Of a stretch of 64,000 bases of DNA, positions 20,839 to 30,077 are shown one piece after another (within the stretch, counting starts at the first letter, position 1; every line of letters starts with the position of its first letter). Both the position numbers and the translations under genes were made by a program. This DNA is from Nitrospira sp. (GTDB lineage Bacteria; Nitrospirota; Nitrospiria; Nitrospirales; Nitrospiraceae): the NCBI GenBank assembly GCA_018242725.1, contig JAFEBI010000006.1, positions 11,888 to 75,887 of the forward strand, given 5' to 3'. The notes beneath the pieces were generated by a model. It was given only the letters and a program-made list of their open reading frames with translations, did not search any database and was not told the DNA's origin.

Positions 20839-21612
20839 ATGACGGACGATCGACTGATAATCGCTGGACGTGAGTTCAAATCCCGGCTTTGGGTCGGGAC
20901 GGGGAAATATAAGGATTTTGCCGAGACCAAAAAGGCCATTGAACTGTCGGGCGCTGACGTCGTGACGGTCGCGGTGCGTCGGGTGAATATCACCGATCGA
21001 TCGAAGGAAAATCTCCTCGATTACATCGACCCTAAAAAGTATACGATTTTGCCCAACACAGCCGGGTGCTACACCGTGGAAGACGCAGTGCGATACTCGC
21101 GGTTGGCTCGCGCAGCCGGCGTCTCCGACTTGGTAAAGTTGGAAGTGCTCGGGGATGAAAGGACGCTGTTTCCGGATACGGCGGGCTTAATCGAAGCCGC
21201 CAAGATTTTGATTAAGGAAGGGTTCATTGTCCTGCCTTACACGAATGACGATCCTATCGTTGCTCAGAAACTCGTCGATGTTGGATGTCCCGCCGTCATG
21301 CCGTTGGCGGCGCCGATCGGATCAGGCCTTGGCATCCGCAATCCTTATAATTTGAAAATCATCATGGAAATGATCAAGGTGCCGATCATCGTCGATGCCG
21401 GTGTGGGGACCGCGTCAGATGCCGCATTCGCGATGGAGTTAGGCGCCGACGCGGTGCTGATGAACACAGCGATTGCTGGTGCGCAAGATCCTTTTGCGAT
21501 GGCGGAAGCGATGAAGTATGCCGTGTATGCTGGCCGATTGGCGTACAAGGCCGGCCGTATTCCCAGGAAGCTGTACGCCACGGCGAGCAGTCCGATCGAA
21601 GGAATGCTCTAG
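20839..21612 (+). CDS. thiG: Thiazole synthase ThiG
   Basis: Full-length ThiG pattern (L.I.G..F.SRL..GTGKY, VTVA.RR, LPNTAGC, VMPL.APIGSG.G, DAGVG..SDAA.AMELG). Confidence 0.97.
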   Translation: MTDDRLIIAGREFKSRLWVGTGKYKDFAETKKAIELSGADVVTVAVRRVNITDRSKENLLDYIDPKKYTILPNTAGCYTVEDAVRYSRLARAAGVSDLVKLEVLGDERTLFPDTAGLIEAAKILIKEGFIVLPYTNDDPIVAQKLVDVGCPAVMPLAAPIGSGLGIRNPYNLKIIMEMIKVPIIVDAGVGTASDAAFAMELGADAVLMNTAIAGAQDPFAMAEAMKYAVYAGRLAYKAGRIPRKLYATASSPIEGML

Positions 21613-21735
21613 CAGGATGTTGAAAAAGGCCGCCAGCTTTGTTCTCGCGTCGCTTAGAGGCTCGACGTACGGCTCAAAGAACGCCTCCGTCTCTTCACTC
21701 GCTGCGGCCTCGCTGGGTGGCCGTTTTGAATATCC
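21613..21735 (+). repeat. Palindromic intergenic repeat, copy 1 (thiG-thiE spacer)
   Basis: About 100/123 positions match the reverse complement of 25981-26102 by hand alignment. Terminal arms AAAAAGGCCGCCAGC / GCTGGGTGGCCGTTTT are inverted repeats. Confidence 0.75.
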
Positions 21736-21840
21736 TGTGGGATATTCGGTTGCCAGAACAGTGTTGAACAAAAAGCACTCAAGAAATATAGATGGCTCCT
21801 TCGTCTCAGTCCTCAGTCCTTTGCCCTCAGTCCTTCAGCG

Positions 21841-22467
21841 ATGCCTCCAGTAAACTTTCGCCTGCTGCTTGTTACGGATCGTCATCAGACGAGCGAGCGT
21901 CCGCTTCCTGAGATCCTCCATCAAGCAATCGTCGCAGGTCTACCGGCTATTCAAGTGCGAGAACGTGATCTTCCAACGAACGAACTCCTTCCACTGTTAC
22001 AGGAAATTCAGTCAATCACGACGCCACGCGCCGTTCCTCTAATCGTCAATGATCGTGTAGACCTCGTGCTGGCGTTGAACTTAGGTGGTGTTCATCTTCG
22101 TTCCGACAGCCTTCCGGTATCGAGTGCCCGTCGGTTGCTGGGGCCTGATCGGTTGATCGGGATTTCTACGCATTCCGTTGAAGAGGTTCGGCGGGCGAAT
22201 CAGGAGGGCGCCGATTACATCATCTTCGGCCCGATTTTTGATACGCCCTCGAAACGTTCGTACGGTCCCCCACTTGGACTCGATCTCCTTGCCACGGCCT
22301 GTCGTGAATCGACGGTTCCAGTTTTCGCCATCGGAGGCATCACGTGCGAACGGGTGGGAGCCGTTCGTCGAGCCGGTGCTCACGGAGTGGCGGTGATCGG
22401 AGCGTTGTTGACTCGTGATGATATCGGTGAAGCGCTTCGGGAGTTCACATACGCGTTGCAGGCGTGA
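21841..22467 (+). CDS. thiE: Thiamine-phosphate synthase ThiE
   Basis: LLLVTDR.., IQVRERDL, VNDRVDLVLA, GVHL, STHS, GADYIIFGPIF.T.SK, AIGGI motifs. Confidence 0.93.
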   Translation: MPPVNFRLLLVTDRHQTSERPLPEILHQAIVAGLPAIQVRERDLPTNELLPLLQEIQSITTPRAVPLIVNDRVDLVLALNLGGVHLRSDSLPVSSARRLLGPDRLIGISTHSVEEVRRANQEGADYIIFGPIFDTPSKRSYGPPLGLDLLATACRESTVPVFAIGGITCERVGAVRRAGAHGVAVIGALLTRDDIGEALREFTYALQA

Positions 22468-22608
22468 TGCGATGTGCTGGCGCGTGAATTTGTCCCGAGT
22501 CAGAACGCCCGTCGGAGTTGACCACCCCTGGGTCGGATGTTAGAATCCCTCACACCAAACGTACTCTCGCTTAGGCTCGATATTTCGGGCTGGTCGTATC
22601 GTCTCACT

Positions 22609-24378
22609 ATGGCGGATAGCAAGAGTCAGCCAAACCGGCTCCGGTCCCTCCGAGATTCTGTCAAGAAGATTACAAAGCGGTTGTCCGAGGGGGAGGGGGA
22701 GATGATTCACAAGAACAGTGAACAGGCTCGGGAGCTCGACAAACTTCGTGTGCAAATTCAGTCGATGGAAGATGAGATCCGTCGGCTGTATCAATCTCGC
22801 TACCAACTCGACCAGGCGACCAAACAGAACGAGAAACTCGTCGCAACGCTGCAAGACGCCAAGGCTCAGATCGAGGCCCTGCGGGCTGAGGTGGAAAAGC
22901 TGACGGCGCCTCCGTCGAGCTACGCCATCTTTTCCAGTTTGAACGAAGACGGAACGGGCAATGTCTATGTGTCTGGGCGGAAAATGAAAGTGAGCCTTCA
23001 TCCCTCAATCAAACGGACTGAGCTGCGAAAGGGGCGAGAGGTTGTCCTGAATGAAGCCCTCAATGTGATCGAGGTCAAGGGGTTTGACAGCCAAGGGGAA
23101 GTCGTTCGACTCAAGGATGTGCTGGAAGGGGGCCGGGCATTGGTCACACTCCACTTCGACGAGGAGAAGGTGGCGGACCTGGGCGATCCTTTGTTGGCTG
23201 AACGGCTGAGTGTGGGAGACCACCTGCTCTACGATGCTCGTTCCGGCTACGTGATCGAAAAGCTCCCCAAGTCCGAAGCGGAAGAGTTGGTCTTGGAAGA
23301 AGTCCCGGATGTCGACTATGCGCATATCGGCGGCCTTCAGAAAGAGTTGGAACAGGTTCGCGATGCCGTCGAACTCCCGTTTCTGCATCCACAGGTCTTC
23401 GCAGAGTATCAACTCAGTGCGCCTAAGGGGGTGTTGCTCTATGGGCCGCCGGGTTGCGGAAAGACCCTGATCGCCAAAGCGGTGGCCAACTCAATCGCCA
23501 AGAAGCTGGGTGATCGATCCGGGAAAGAGATTCGGAGTTACTTTCTACATGTCAAAGGTCCGGAATTGCTCAATAAATACGTCGGTGAGTCGGAGCGTCA
23601 AGTCCGTGAGGTGTTCAAGAAAGCCAAGGAACGGGCCGAGGATGGGCATCCGGTGATCGTCTTTTTTGATGAGATGGATGCGCTCTTTCGAACCCGTGGG
23701 ACCGGCGTGTCTTCGGATATTGAATCAACGATCGTCCCCCAATTTCTCTCCGAGATCGATGGCGTCGAACGATTACGCAATGTCATCGTCATCGGAGCGA
23801 GCAATCGTCAGGATTTGATCGATCCGGCCGTGCTGCGTGCCGGGCGATTGGACGTCAAAGTGAAGGTAGGGCGTCCGGATGCCGACGCGGCGCGGGATAT
23901 TTTCTCCAAGTATATCTCGACAGCGCTTCCGTTTGCCGAGGAGGACGTCGCGCGACATGGAGGGGATCGGCACGCGCTCGTCGAGCGCTTGACAGAGATG
24001 ACTGTCGAAGCCATGTATGCGGCCAGCGAAGAAAATAAATTCATCGAAGTGACCTATGCCAACGGTGAAAAGGAAGTGCTGTACTTCAAGGACTTCGCCA
24101 GTGGCGCGTTGATTGAAGGGATCGTGTCGCGGGCGAAAAAGTTCGCCGTGAAGCGAGTAATCGCCAACGAGGGAACCGGTTTGCGATCGGACGACCTGAT
24201 CCGTGCCATTCGTGAAGAGTTCAAAGAACACGAAGATCTTCCGAATACCACCAATCCTGACGATTGGGCCAAGGTGGCCGGCAAGAAGGGTGAGAAGATC
24301 ATCCATCTTCGAACCATCAGCGGTGGACCGACGGAACATCGTCAGATTGAAACCATGAGTACCGGCCACTATCTCTAG
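22609..24378 (+). CDS. arc: Proteasome-associated AAA ATPase (ARC/Mpa)
   Basis: N-terminal coiled coil, OB domains, AAA module (GPPGCGKT, VIVFFDEMD, SRxxR). C-terminal ..TGHYL tail is analogous to the Mpa GQYL docking motif. Start uncertain (22537, 22609 or 22699). Confidence 0.93.
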   Translation: MADSKSQPNRLRSLRDSVKKITKRLSEGEGEMIHKNSEQARELDKLRVQIQSMEDEIRRLYQSRYQLDQATKQNEKLVATLQDAKAQIEALRAEVEKLTAPPSSYAIFSSLNEDGTGNVYVSGRKMKVSLHPSIKRTELRKGREVVLNEALNVIEVKGFDSQGEVVRLKDVLEGGRALVTLHFDEEKVADLGDPLLAERLSVGDHLLYDARSGYVIEKLPKSEAEELVLEEVPDVDYAHIGGLQKELEQVRDAVELPFLHPQVFAEYQLSAPKGVLLYGPPGCGKTLIAKAVANSIAKKLGDRSGKEIRSYFLHVKGPELLNKYVGESERQVREVFKKAKERAEDGHPVIVFFDEMDALFRTRGTGVSSDIESTIVPQFLSEIDGVERLRNVIVIGASNRQDLIDPAVLRAGRLDVKVKVGRPDADAARDIFSKYISTALPFAEEDVARHGGDRHALVERLTEMTVEAMYAASEENKFIEVTYANGEKEVLYFKDFASGALIEGIVSRAKKFAVKRVIANEGTGLRSDDLIRAIREEFKEHEDLPNTTNPDDWAKVAGKKGEKIIHLRTISGGPTEHRQIETMSTGHYL

Positions 24379-24382
24379 CGCC

Positions 24383-25885
24383 ATGATGAAAGAACACACT
24401 CCCACGAATTCAGCCAGGGTGCTTGGTACGGAAACGGAGTTCGGGATTGCCTCGAGAGATGCCTCGGCGATGGATCCGGTATCCGGGTCCTTTGCCGTGA
24501 TCGGGCACTATCCGAACCTGGCGGCTCCAACCTCGCTCTGGGACTACGAAAACGAGAATCCTTTGGTCGATGCGCGTGGGTTTGAGGTCGATGGTGAGCG
24601 CGAGCGTCCGAACCCGGACTATAACCGACAGTTGAATAAGGTGCTGGCGAACGGTGGACGCTTGTATGTGGATGGGGCCCATCCGGAGTACTCGACGCCT
24701 GAGTGTTCACACGCTCGAGAGATCGTAGCGTTTGAACGGGTAGGGGAACGCATTCTGGCTTCATGCCTGCAGACCATGGCCCGCGCGCGAGGCTTTGAAG
24801 TCTATACCCTCTATAAGAATAACTCCGACGGCAAGGGCAACAGTTACGGGTATCACGAGAACTACTTGGTCTCGAGAACGGTGTCGTTCGATCGGATTGC
24901 GCGTGTGCTGACTCCGTTTCTTGTGACCAGGCCGATCTTCGCCGGGGCGGGAAAAGTCGGCGCTGAAAATCAGACCACCCCAGCGGAGTATCAGATCTCT
25001 CAGCGGGCGGACTTTTTTGAATGTCTCATGGATCTCAACACGATGGTCAAGCGCCCGATCATCAACACGCGCGACGAACCGCATGCGGATGCGGCCAGGT
25101 TTCGGAGGCTGCATGTGATTGTGGGCGATGCCAACATGGCGGAGCTATCCACCTATCTCAAGGTCGGAACTTTGGACATCGTGTTGCATCTGCTGGAAGC
25201 TGGTGCTGACTTGCCGCAGATGGAACTCGAAGATCCGGTTCAAGTGTTCAAACAGATATCGCGAGACTTAGAAGTCAAGCAGACGGTGAAGTTGGTAGGG
25301 GGGAGGCCTACCACAGCGCTGGCGGTCCAACGAGCTTACCTGAGTGCGGCCAAAATATTTTATGCCTCGCAGGTACATAGTTCCGTTACCCAGGAAGTGC
25401 TGCTCCGTTGGGAAGAGGTGCTGAATATGCTTGAGCAGGATCCGCGTTTGCTGGTCCATTCATTGGACTGGGTGGCGAAGCGACACTTGATCGAGTCGTA
25501 CATGGAGCGAAAAGGCTGTAGCTGGGACGACCCACGCGTAAAATTAATGGACCTGCAATATCACGACGTGCGTCCTGAGAAGGGACTCTTCTACACGCTG
25601 GAGCGGAGTCAGCTGATCGAGCGGATCGTTGAGGAGGAAGAAATCCATCGGGCCGAGTCCCATCCTCCGACGGGTACGCGAGCGTATTTTCGTGGCCGCT
25701 GTGTGAGCAAGTTCGCGAAGTCGTTGTACGGCGCCAGTTGGACCTCGGTCTTGTTCGATGCCGGCGACACCACGATTAAGAAGGTTCCTTTGATGGATCC
25801 CCATCGTGGGACACAAGCTTTGACGGGGGCGCTGCTGGATTCTTCCGATTCGGTTGATGTGCTTCTTGAAAAACTCAAGGTGTGA
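24383..25885 (+). CDS. dop: Pup deamidase/depupylase Dop homologue
   Basis: Pup-ligase superfamily (LGTETEFGI.., NGGRLYVDGAHPEYSTPE, INTRDEPHAD..RFRRLHVIVGDANM). Longer than the second paralogue, with an extra loop near the N-terminus, and sits directly after arc as in known loci. Confidence 0.88.
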   Translation: MMKEHTPTNSARVLGTETEFGIASRDASAMDPVSGSFAVIGHYPNLAAPTSLWDYENENPLVDARGFEVDGERERPNPDYNRQLNKVLANGGRLYVDGAHPEYSTPECSHAREIVAFERVGERILASCLQTMARARGFEVYTLYKNNSDGKGNSYGYHENYLVSRTVSFDRIARVLTPFLVTRPIFAGAGKVGAENQTTPAEYQISQRADFFECLMDLNTMVKRPIINTRDEPHADAARFRRLHVIVGDANMAELSTYLKVGTLDIVLHLLEAGADLPQMELEDPVQVFKQISRDLEVKQTVKLVGGRPTTALAVQRAYLSAAKIFYASQVHSSVTQEVLLRWEEVLNMLEQDPRLLVHSLDWVAKRHLIESYMERKGCSWDDPRVKLMDLQYHDVRPEKGLFYTLERSQLIERIVEEEEIHRAESHPPTGTRAYFRGRCVSKFAKSLYGASWTSVLFDAGDTTIKKVPLMDPHRGTQALTGALLDSSDSVDVLLEKLKV

Positions 25886-25980
25886 CGAACGGTGGTTATC
25901 GTACGCTGCCCAAACGTACTTCAACATAGCCGCAAAGCACAAAACCATGGGAGGTAGCAAATCAATGAAGATCGCTCGCA

Positions 25981-26102
25981 GGATGGACAAAAAGGCCGTC
26001 CAGCAAGGCCGCAGCGAGCGAAGAGGCGAGGCATACTGTGTCCCGTATGGTGAGCCTCTGAACGACGCGAGAACGAAGCTGGCGGACTTTTTCAACATTC
26101 TG
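25981..26102 (-). repeat. Palindromic intergenic repeat, copy 2 (dop-prcB spacer), inverted relative to copy 1
   Basis: Its reverse complement aligns with 21613-21735 (about 80% identity by hand). It fills the slot where pup normally lies. Confidence 0.75.
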
Positions 26103-26113
26103 TCAGGGCCACG

Positions 26114-26929
26114 ATGAAGTTACCCCACCTCCCTGACCACGATGGGTCGAGTTTTGTGGAGTTCCTGTCGCGACATTATCCAGGCATGACGCTGGGAGCC
26201 AACGGACTCGTGCCGAACTCCGATCACGCGCGCACTGCTGGGGCAGTGTCAGTCCCCTCTGCGACGACCGTGTTGGCGATCAAGTATCAGCAGGGCGTGA
26301 TCATTGCCGGTGATCGCCGCGCCACCGAGGGATTTCAGATTGCCGATCGCCGGATTGAGAAGGTCTTCAAGATCGATGAGTGGTCGGCAATGGCGATTGC
26401 TGGTGCGGCCGGTCCCTGTATCGAGATGGCCAAGCTCTTCCAGACCGAGTTGGAGCATTACGAAAAATTGGAAGGCATGCCGCTTTCGTGCGAAGGGAAG
26501 GCCAATAAGCTTGGCCAGATGGTGAAGGCGAACTTGCCCATGGTGTTTCAGGGGTTAGTCGTGATGCCGCTCTATGTCGGCTATGATCTGAAACGTGGGG
26601 AGGGGCGTATTTTCAAGTACGACATCACCGGGGGGCGATACGAAGAGTCCGATTACCATGCGATCGGGTCCGGGGGAAAAGATGCCCGCAATACGATGCG
26701 GGAACACTTTCAGCGACATCTTCCCGAGGCGGAGGTGATCAAGCTGGCCCTCTTGGCACTCTACAATGCCGCGGATGACGATGTTGGGACTGGTGGTCCA
26801 GACCTCGTGCGGGGGATTTATCCCACCGCGAAGCTGGTGACCGCTCAAGGCATCACGGATGTCGCGGAGGACATACTCCGGACGGTCTGTGACGCCGTCA
26901 TGGCGGCTCGCCGTTCACGGGAGACATAA
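26114..26929 (+). CDS. prcB: 20S proteasome beta subunit PrcB
   Basis: Propeptide followed by TTVLAIKY..GVIIAGDRRATEG (catalytic Thr1 context). ELEHYEKLEG matches actinobacterial PrcB closely. Confidence 0.96.
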   Translation: MKLPHLPDHDGSSFVEFLSRHYPGMTLGANGLVPNSDHARTAGAVSVPSATTVLAIKYQQGVIIAGDRRATEGFQIADRRIEKVFKIDEWSAMAIAGAAGPCIEMAKLFQTELEHYEKLEGMPLSCEGKANKLGQMVKANLPMVFQGLVVMPLYVGYDLKRGEGRIFKYDITGGRYEESDYHAIGSGGKDARNTMREHFQRHLPEAEVIKLALLALYNAADDDVGTGGPDLVRGIYPTAKLVTAQGITDVAEDILRTVCDAVMAARRSRET

Positions 26930-26931
26930 CG

Positions 26932-27618
26932 ATGCCGATGCCCTACTACGTATCCCCTGAGCAGATGATGCATGATAAGGCGGAGTACGCCAAGAAGGGG
27001 ATCGCCAAGGGCCGATCGATCATCGCGATGGAGTATGTCGAAGGGATTCTCTTGGCTGCCGACAATCCGAGCGCCTCACTGCATAAAGTCTCTGAGATCT
27101 ACGACAATATTGCGTTTGCCGGGGCCGGCAAGTATAGCGAGTTCGAGAATCTTCGGAAGGCGGGGATTCGCCACGCCGATCTCAAGGGGTTCATGTATAG
27201 CCGGGAAGATGTGACCGGTCGGTCATTGGCGAATGGCTATTCGCAAAGTCTTGGGACCGTCTTCAGCCAGGAAATGAAACCGCTGGAGGTAGAAATTCTC
27301 GTCGTACAGACTGGTGCCAATACCCATCCGAATGAAATCTATCGTATTTCCTTTGATGGGAGCATCATCGACGAGAAGAGCTTTGCCGTGATCGGAGGAC
27401 GGGCGGACGTGGTACAGAGTTTCCTGAAGGAGAAAAGCCCAAGCCATGCCCCGAATCTCGACGAGGCTCTACGGCTTTGTGTGGCGGCTCTCGATCAAAC
27501 GGCCAATCAAAAGCTCCAGCCGGAGGGGTTGGAGGTTGCGGTGCTGGACCGCAGTCGGACCGGCCGCAAGTTCCGTCGCCTCTCAATCAGTGACATTCGA
27601 CGCGCGCTCTCTTCCTAA
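26932..27618 (+). CDS. prcA: 20S proteasome alpha subunit PrcA
   Basis: PYYVSPEQ.M.DKAEYA.KGIA.GRS N-terminus typical of bacterial PrcA. Follows prcB by 2 nt. Confidence 0.95.
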   Translation: MPMPYYVSPEQMMHDKAEYAKKGIAKGRSIIAMEYVEGILLAADNPSASLHKVSEIYDNIAFAGAGKYSEFENLRKAGIRHADLKGFMYSREDVTGRSLANGYSQSLGTVFSQEMKPLEVEILVVQTGANTHPNEIYRISFDGSIIDEKSFAVIGGRADVVQSFLKEKSPSHAPNLDEALRLCVAALDQTANQKLQPEGLEVAVLDRSRTGRKFRRLSISDIRRALSS

Positions 27619-27643
27619 CCTCTGCCGTCCATAATGGCATCCT

Positions 27644-27673
27644 TTGTTGAAGATCCCGGTCCGGGCGTATAAT
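27644..27673 (+). promoter_or_regulatory. Sigma70-like promoter in the prcA-pafA spacer
   Basis: TTGTTG (27644-27649), 18-nt spacer containing CCCGGTCCGGG, perfect TATAAT (27668-27673), 17 nt before the pafA ORF start. Confidence 0.3.
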
Positions 27674-27690
27674 CTGGGTGTGGCTCGCGC

Positions 27691-29085
27691 ATGATGACGG
27701 TGGGTCCCATGAAACAACGGATTTACGGCCTCGAGAACGAATACGGCCTCATTTTTTCTCCCAATGGCCGGATTTATCTGCCGATGGAAAAAGTCCTGGG
27801 ATATATTTTTGAGGGACTGATTCCGAACAGCTGGCCGTCGAATGCCTTTTTGGTCAATGGGGCTCGGTTCTATCAAGATACCGGCTGTCATCCGGAGTAT
27901 TCGACCCCGGAGTGCGACAATATCCTGGACCTTGTCGTGCATGATAAGGCGGGAGAGCGACTGCTGGAAGCCTGCCTACCTGCCGCAGAGGAGCGGCTCC
28001 GTGAGGAAGGGTTGTCCGGGGAGATCTATATTTTCAAGAACAATACGGACTCGTTGGGCAATACGTACGGATGCCACGAAAACTTCCTGATGCGACGGGA
28101 CGTCGACTTTTGGAAGGTCACCGAGCAGTTGATCCCGTTTTTCGTGACCAGGCAGATCTTCAGCGGTGCCGGGAAAGTTTTAAAGGTCTCGGGAAAGCCG
28201 CAGTATTTCATCTCGCAGCGCGCACAACATATTCATGAAAAAACCTCGTCATCGACGACGTCCTCTCGGAGCATCATCAATACCCGTGATGAGCCGCATT
28301 CCGATGCGGAACGATATCGTCGTTTGCATATCATCGTCGGCGATTCGAACATGTCCGAGTATGCCACCTACCTCAAGGTGGGAACCGCCGCGCTCGTCCT
28401 GTCGATGATCGAAGAGGGCTATGCGGTCCACGGAATGGAACTCGAAGACTCCGTGAAGGCGATCCGAGAGGTGTCTCGCGACCCCACATTGAAAAAGAAG
28501 GTGCGGCTCGATGACGGTCGGCAGATGACTGCCATTGAGCTTCAGCGGGTCTATCTGAGCCGGGCGAAGGATTATCTGGCTCAAGAAACACATGAGCCCA
28601 TTCTCGATGATGTGTGTAATAAATGGGAAACGGTGTTGCAGCAGTTGGAGGAAGATCCGATGCAGCTGACGCATCAGATCGATTGGGTCACAAAGAAACA
28701 TCTGATCCAATCCTATGTCGACAAGAAGGATTGTGGATGGGACGATCCGAGGGTGTTGCTGCTGGATCTGCAGTACCATGACGTGAAGCGGACGAGAGGG
28801 TTGTACTATCTGATGGAGTCACGTGGGTTGGTCGAACGAGTCGTGGAGGAAGATGCCGTTCAGCGGGCGATGTCCACCCCTCCACAAACCACGAGGGCAA
28901 AGGTGCGAGGCGACTTCATTCGTTTTGCGCGGGCAAAGAACCGATCCTATACGGTGGACTGGACCTATTTGAAACTGAATGGCTACTGGGAGGAAACGAT
29001 TCTCTGTATGGACCCCTTTAGTGCGTCGAATCGGCGGGTCGAAGAACTGATTTCGCAAGTTTCCGGAGGGCGATTCTACCGATGA
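27691..29085 (+). CDS. pafA: Pup-protein ligase PafA homologue
   Basis: RIYGLENEYG, NGARFYQDTGCHPEYSTPE, INTRDEPHSDAERYRRLHIIVGDSNM. Shorter paralogue lacking the Dop loop. Alternative start at 27709. Confidence 0.9.
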   Translation: MMTVGPMKQRIYGLENEYGLIFSPNGRIYLPMEKVLGYIFEGLIPNSWPSNAFLVNGARFYQDTGCHPEYSTPECDNILDLVVHDKAGERLLEACLPAAEERLREEGLSGEIYIFKNNTDSLGNTYGCHENFLMRRDVDFWKVTEQLIPFFVTRQIFSGAGKVLKVSGKPQYFISQRAQHIHEKTSSSTTSSRSIINTRDEPHSDAERYRRLHIIVGDSNMSEYATYLKVGTAALVLSMIEEGYAVHGMELEDSVKAIREVSRDPTLKKKVRLDDGRQMTAIELQRVYLSRAKDYLAQETHEPILDDVCNKWETVLQQLEEDPMQLTHQIDWVTKKHLIQSYVDKKDCGWDDPRVLLLDLQYHDVKRTRGLYYLMESRGLVERVVEEDAVQRAMSTPPQTTRAKVRGDFIRFARAKNRSYTVDWTYLKLNGYWEETILCMDPFSASNRRVEELISQVSGGRFYR

Positions 29086-30077
29086 AACTGTTGCTTGATC
29101 TCCGCCATCTCGGTCATATCAGAGCCAAATGGCTTGTAATGGTCGTCATACTGCTGGCTCATCTTGTCGGCGCGCCTTTGCCTGGCTCCATACCGCCTGC
29201 TCATAGTGCTGAGGGCCGTTATAGCGGCAAGCAGGGCCAAGTGCTTGTCGTGAAAGTCTCGTTGGAAGATGAATCGGCCATAGTACAAGGAACGTTTCTT
29301 GGTCGCTCCATCCGATTCTTTCCGGATCCGCGTTCTGAAGAGCCAAAAGGATTTGTGGGGTTGCTCGGGATTGATTTGCAAGATGAACCGGGAACACATG
29401 ACCTGATCGTTGAGTTGAAGCAAGGGGAACAGAGTCGTACGCTCAAATACAGCGTGTCGGTTCTCAAAGAGAAATTTCACGTCGAGCATCTCACGCTGCC
29501 CAAGGACAAGGTCGATCTTGACGAAAAGACCCTCGCTCGTTGGAAATCTGAGCAAGAGCAGGTGAAGTCGGCCTTGGCGACTGATTCGCCGGCGCGATTG
29601 TGGCAGCCTGGGTTTGTTGAGCCGGTGAACGGGAAGCGCACCGGTATTTTCGGCAGCGTTCGAATCATGAACGGCCAGCCACGGAATCCGCATAATGGCG
29701 AAGATATCGGGGCTCCGCTTGGTACACCGGTCGCAGCCACAAATGATGGCTTGGTGAAGCTCACCGTCGATCATTTTTTCTCCGGCAAGGGTATCTTTCT
29801 TGACCATGGATTGGGATTCTACTCAATGTATTTCCACCTGTCGGAAATCCTGGTCAAGGATGGCGACGTTGTGAAGGCCGGGCAGATCGTGGGAAAAGTC
29901 GGCGCCAGCGGTCGGGCCACCGGCCCGCATCTCCATTGGGGCGTGAAACTCAACGGCGCACGCGTGAACCCTTACGCACTGCTTGATCTCCCCTTCAAAG
30001 GTTCCGTCCAGTCCACAACTCCAGCGCCTGTGTCTAGCACTGAATCTGTCACCGGTATGGGGTCGCCGACTCCATAA
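29082..30077 (+). CDS. M23 family metallopeptidase (LytM-type)
   Basis: HNGEDIGAPLGTPVAA, SMYFHLSE, GPHLHWGV motifs. Signal/anchor N-terminus. ATGA overlap with the pafA stop. Confidence 0.88.
   Translation: MKLLLDLRHLGHIRAKWLVMVVILLAHLVGAPLPGSIPPAHSAEGRYSGKQGQVLVVKVSLEDESAIVQGTFLGRSIRFFPDPRSEEPKGFVGLLGIDLQDEPGTHDLIVELKQGEQSRTLKYSVSVLKEKFHVEHLTLPKDKVDLDEKTLARWKSEQEQVKSALATDSPARLWQPGFVEPVNGKRTGIFGSVRIMNGQPRNPHNGEDIGAPLGTPVAATNDGLVKLTVDHFFSGKGIFLDHGLGFYSMYFHLSEILVKDGDVVKAGQIVGKVGASGRATGPHLHWGVKLNGARVNPYALLDLPFKGSVQSTTPAPVSSTESVTGMGSPTP

Noticed and set aside
25947-26117. 56-aa ORF in the pup position considered as a Pup/UBact modifier, including its internal ..RSERRGE.
   Set aside because: It does not end in Gln or Glu and has no GGQ/GGE. 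About two-thirds of it is the reverse-complement copy of an intergenic repeat whose other copy translates differently. It is kept as a finding only because of its position and the ATGA coupling to prcB.
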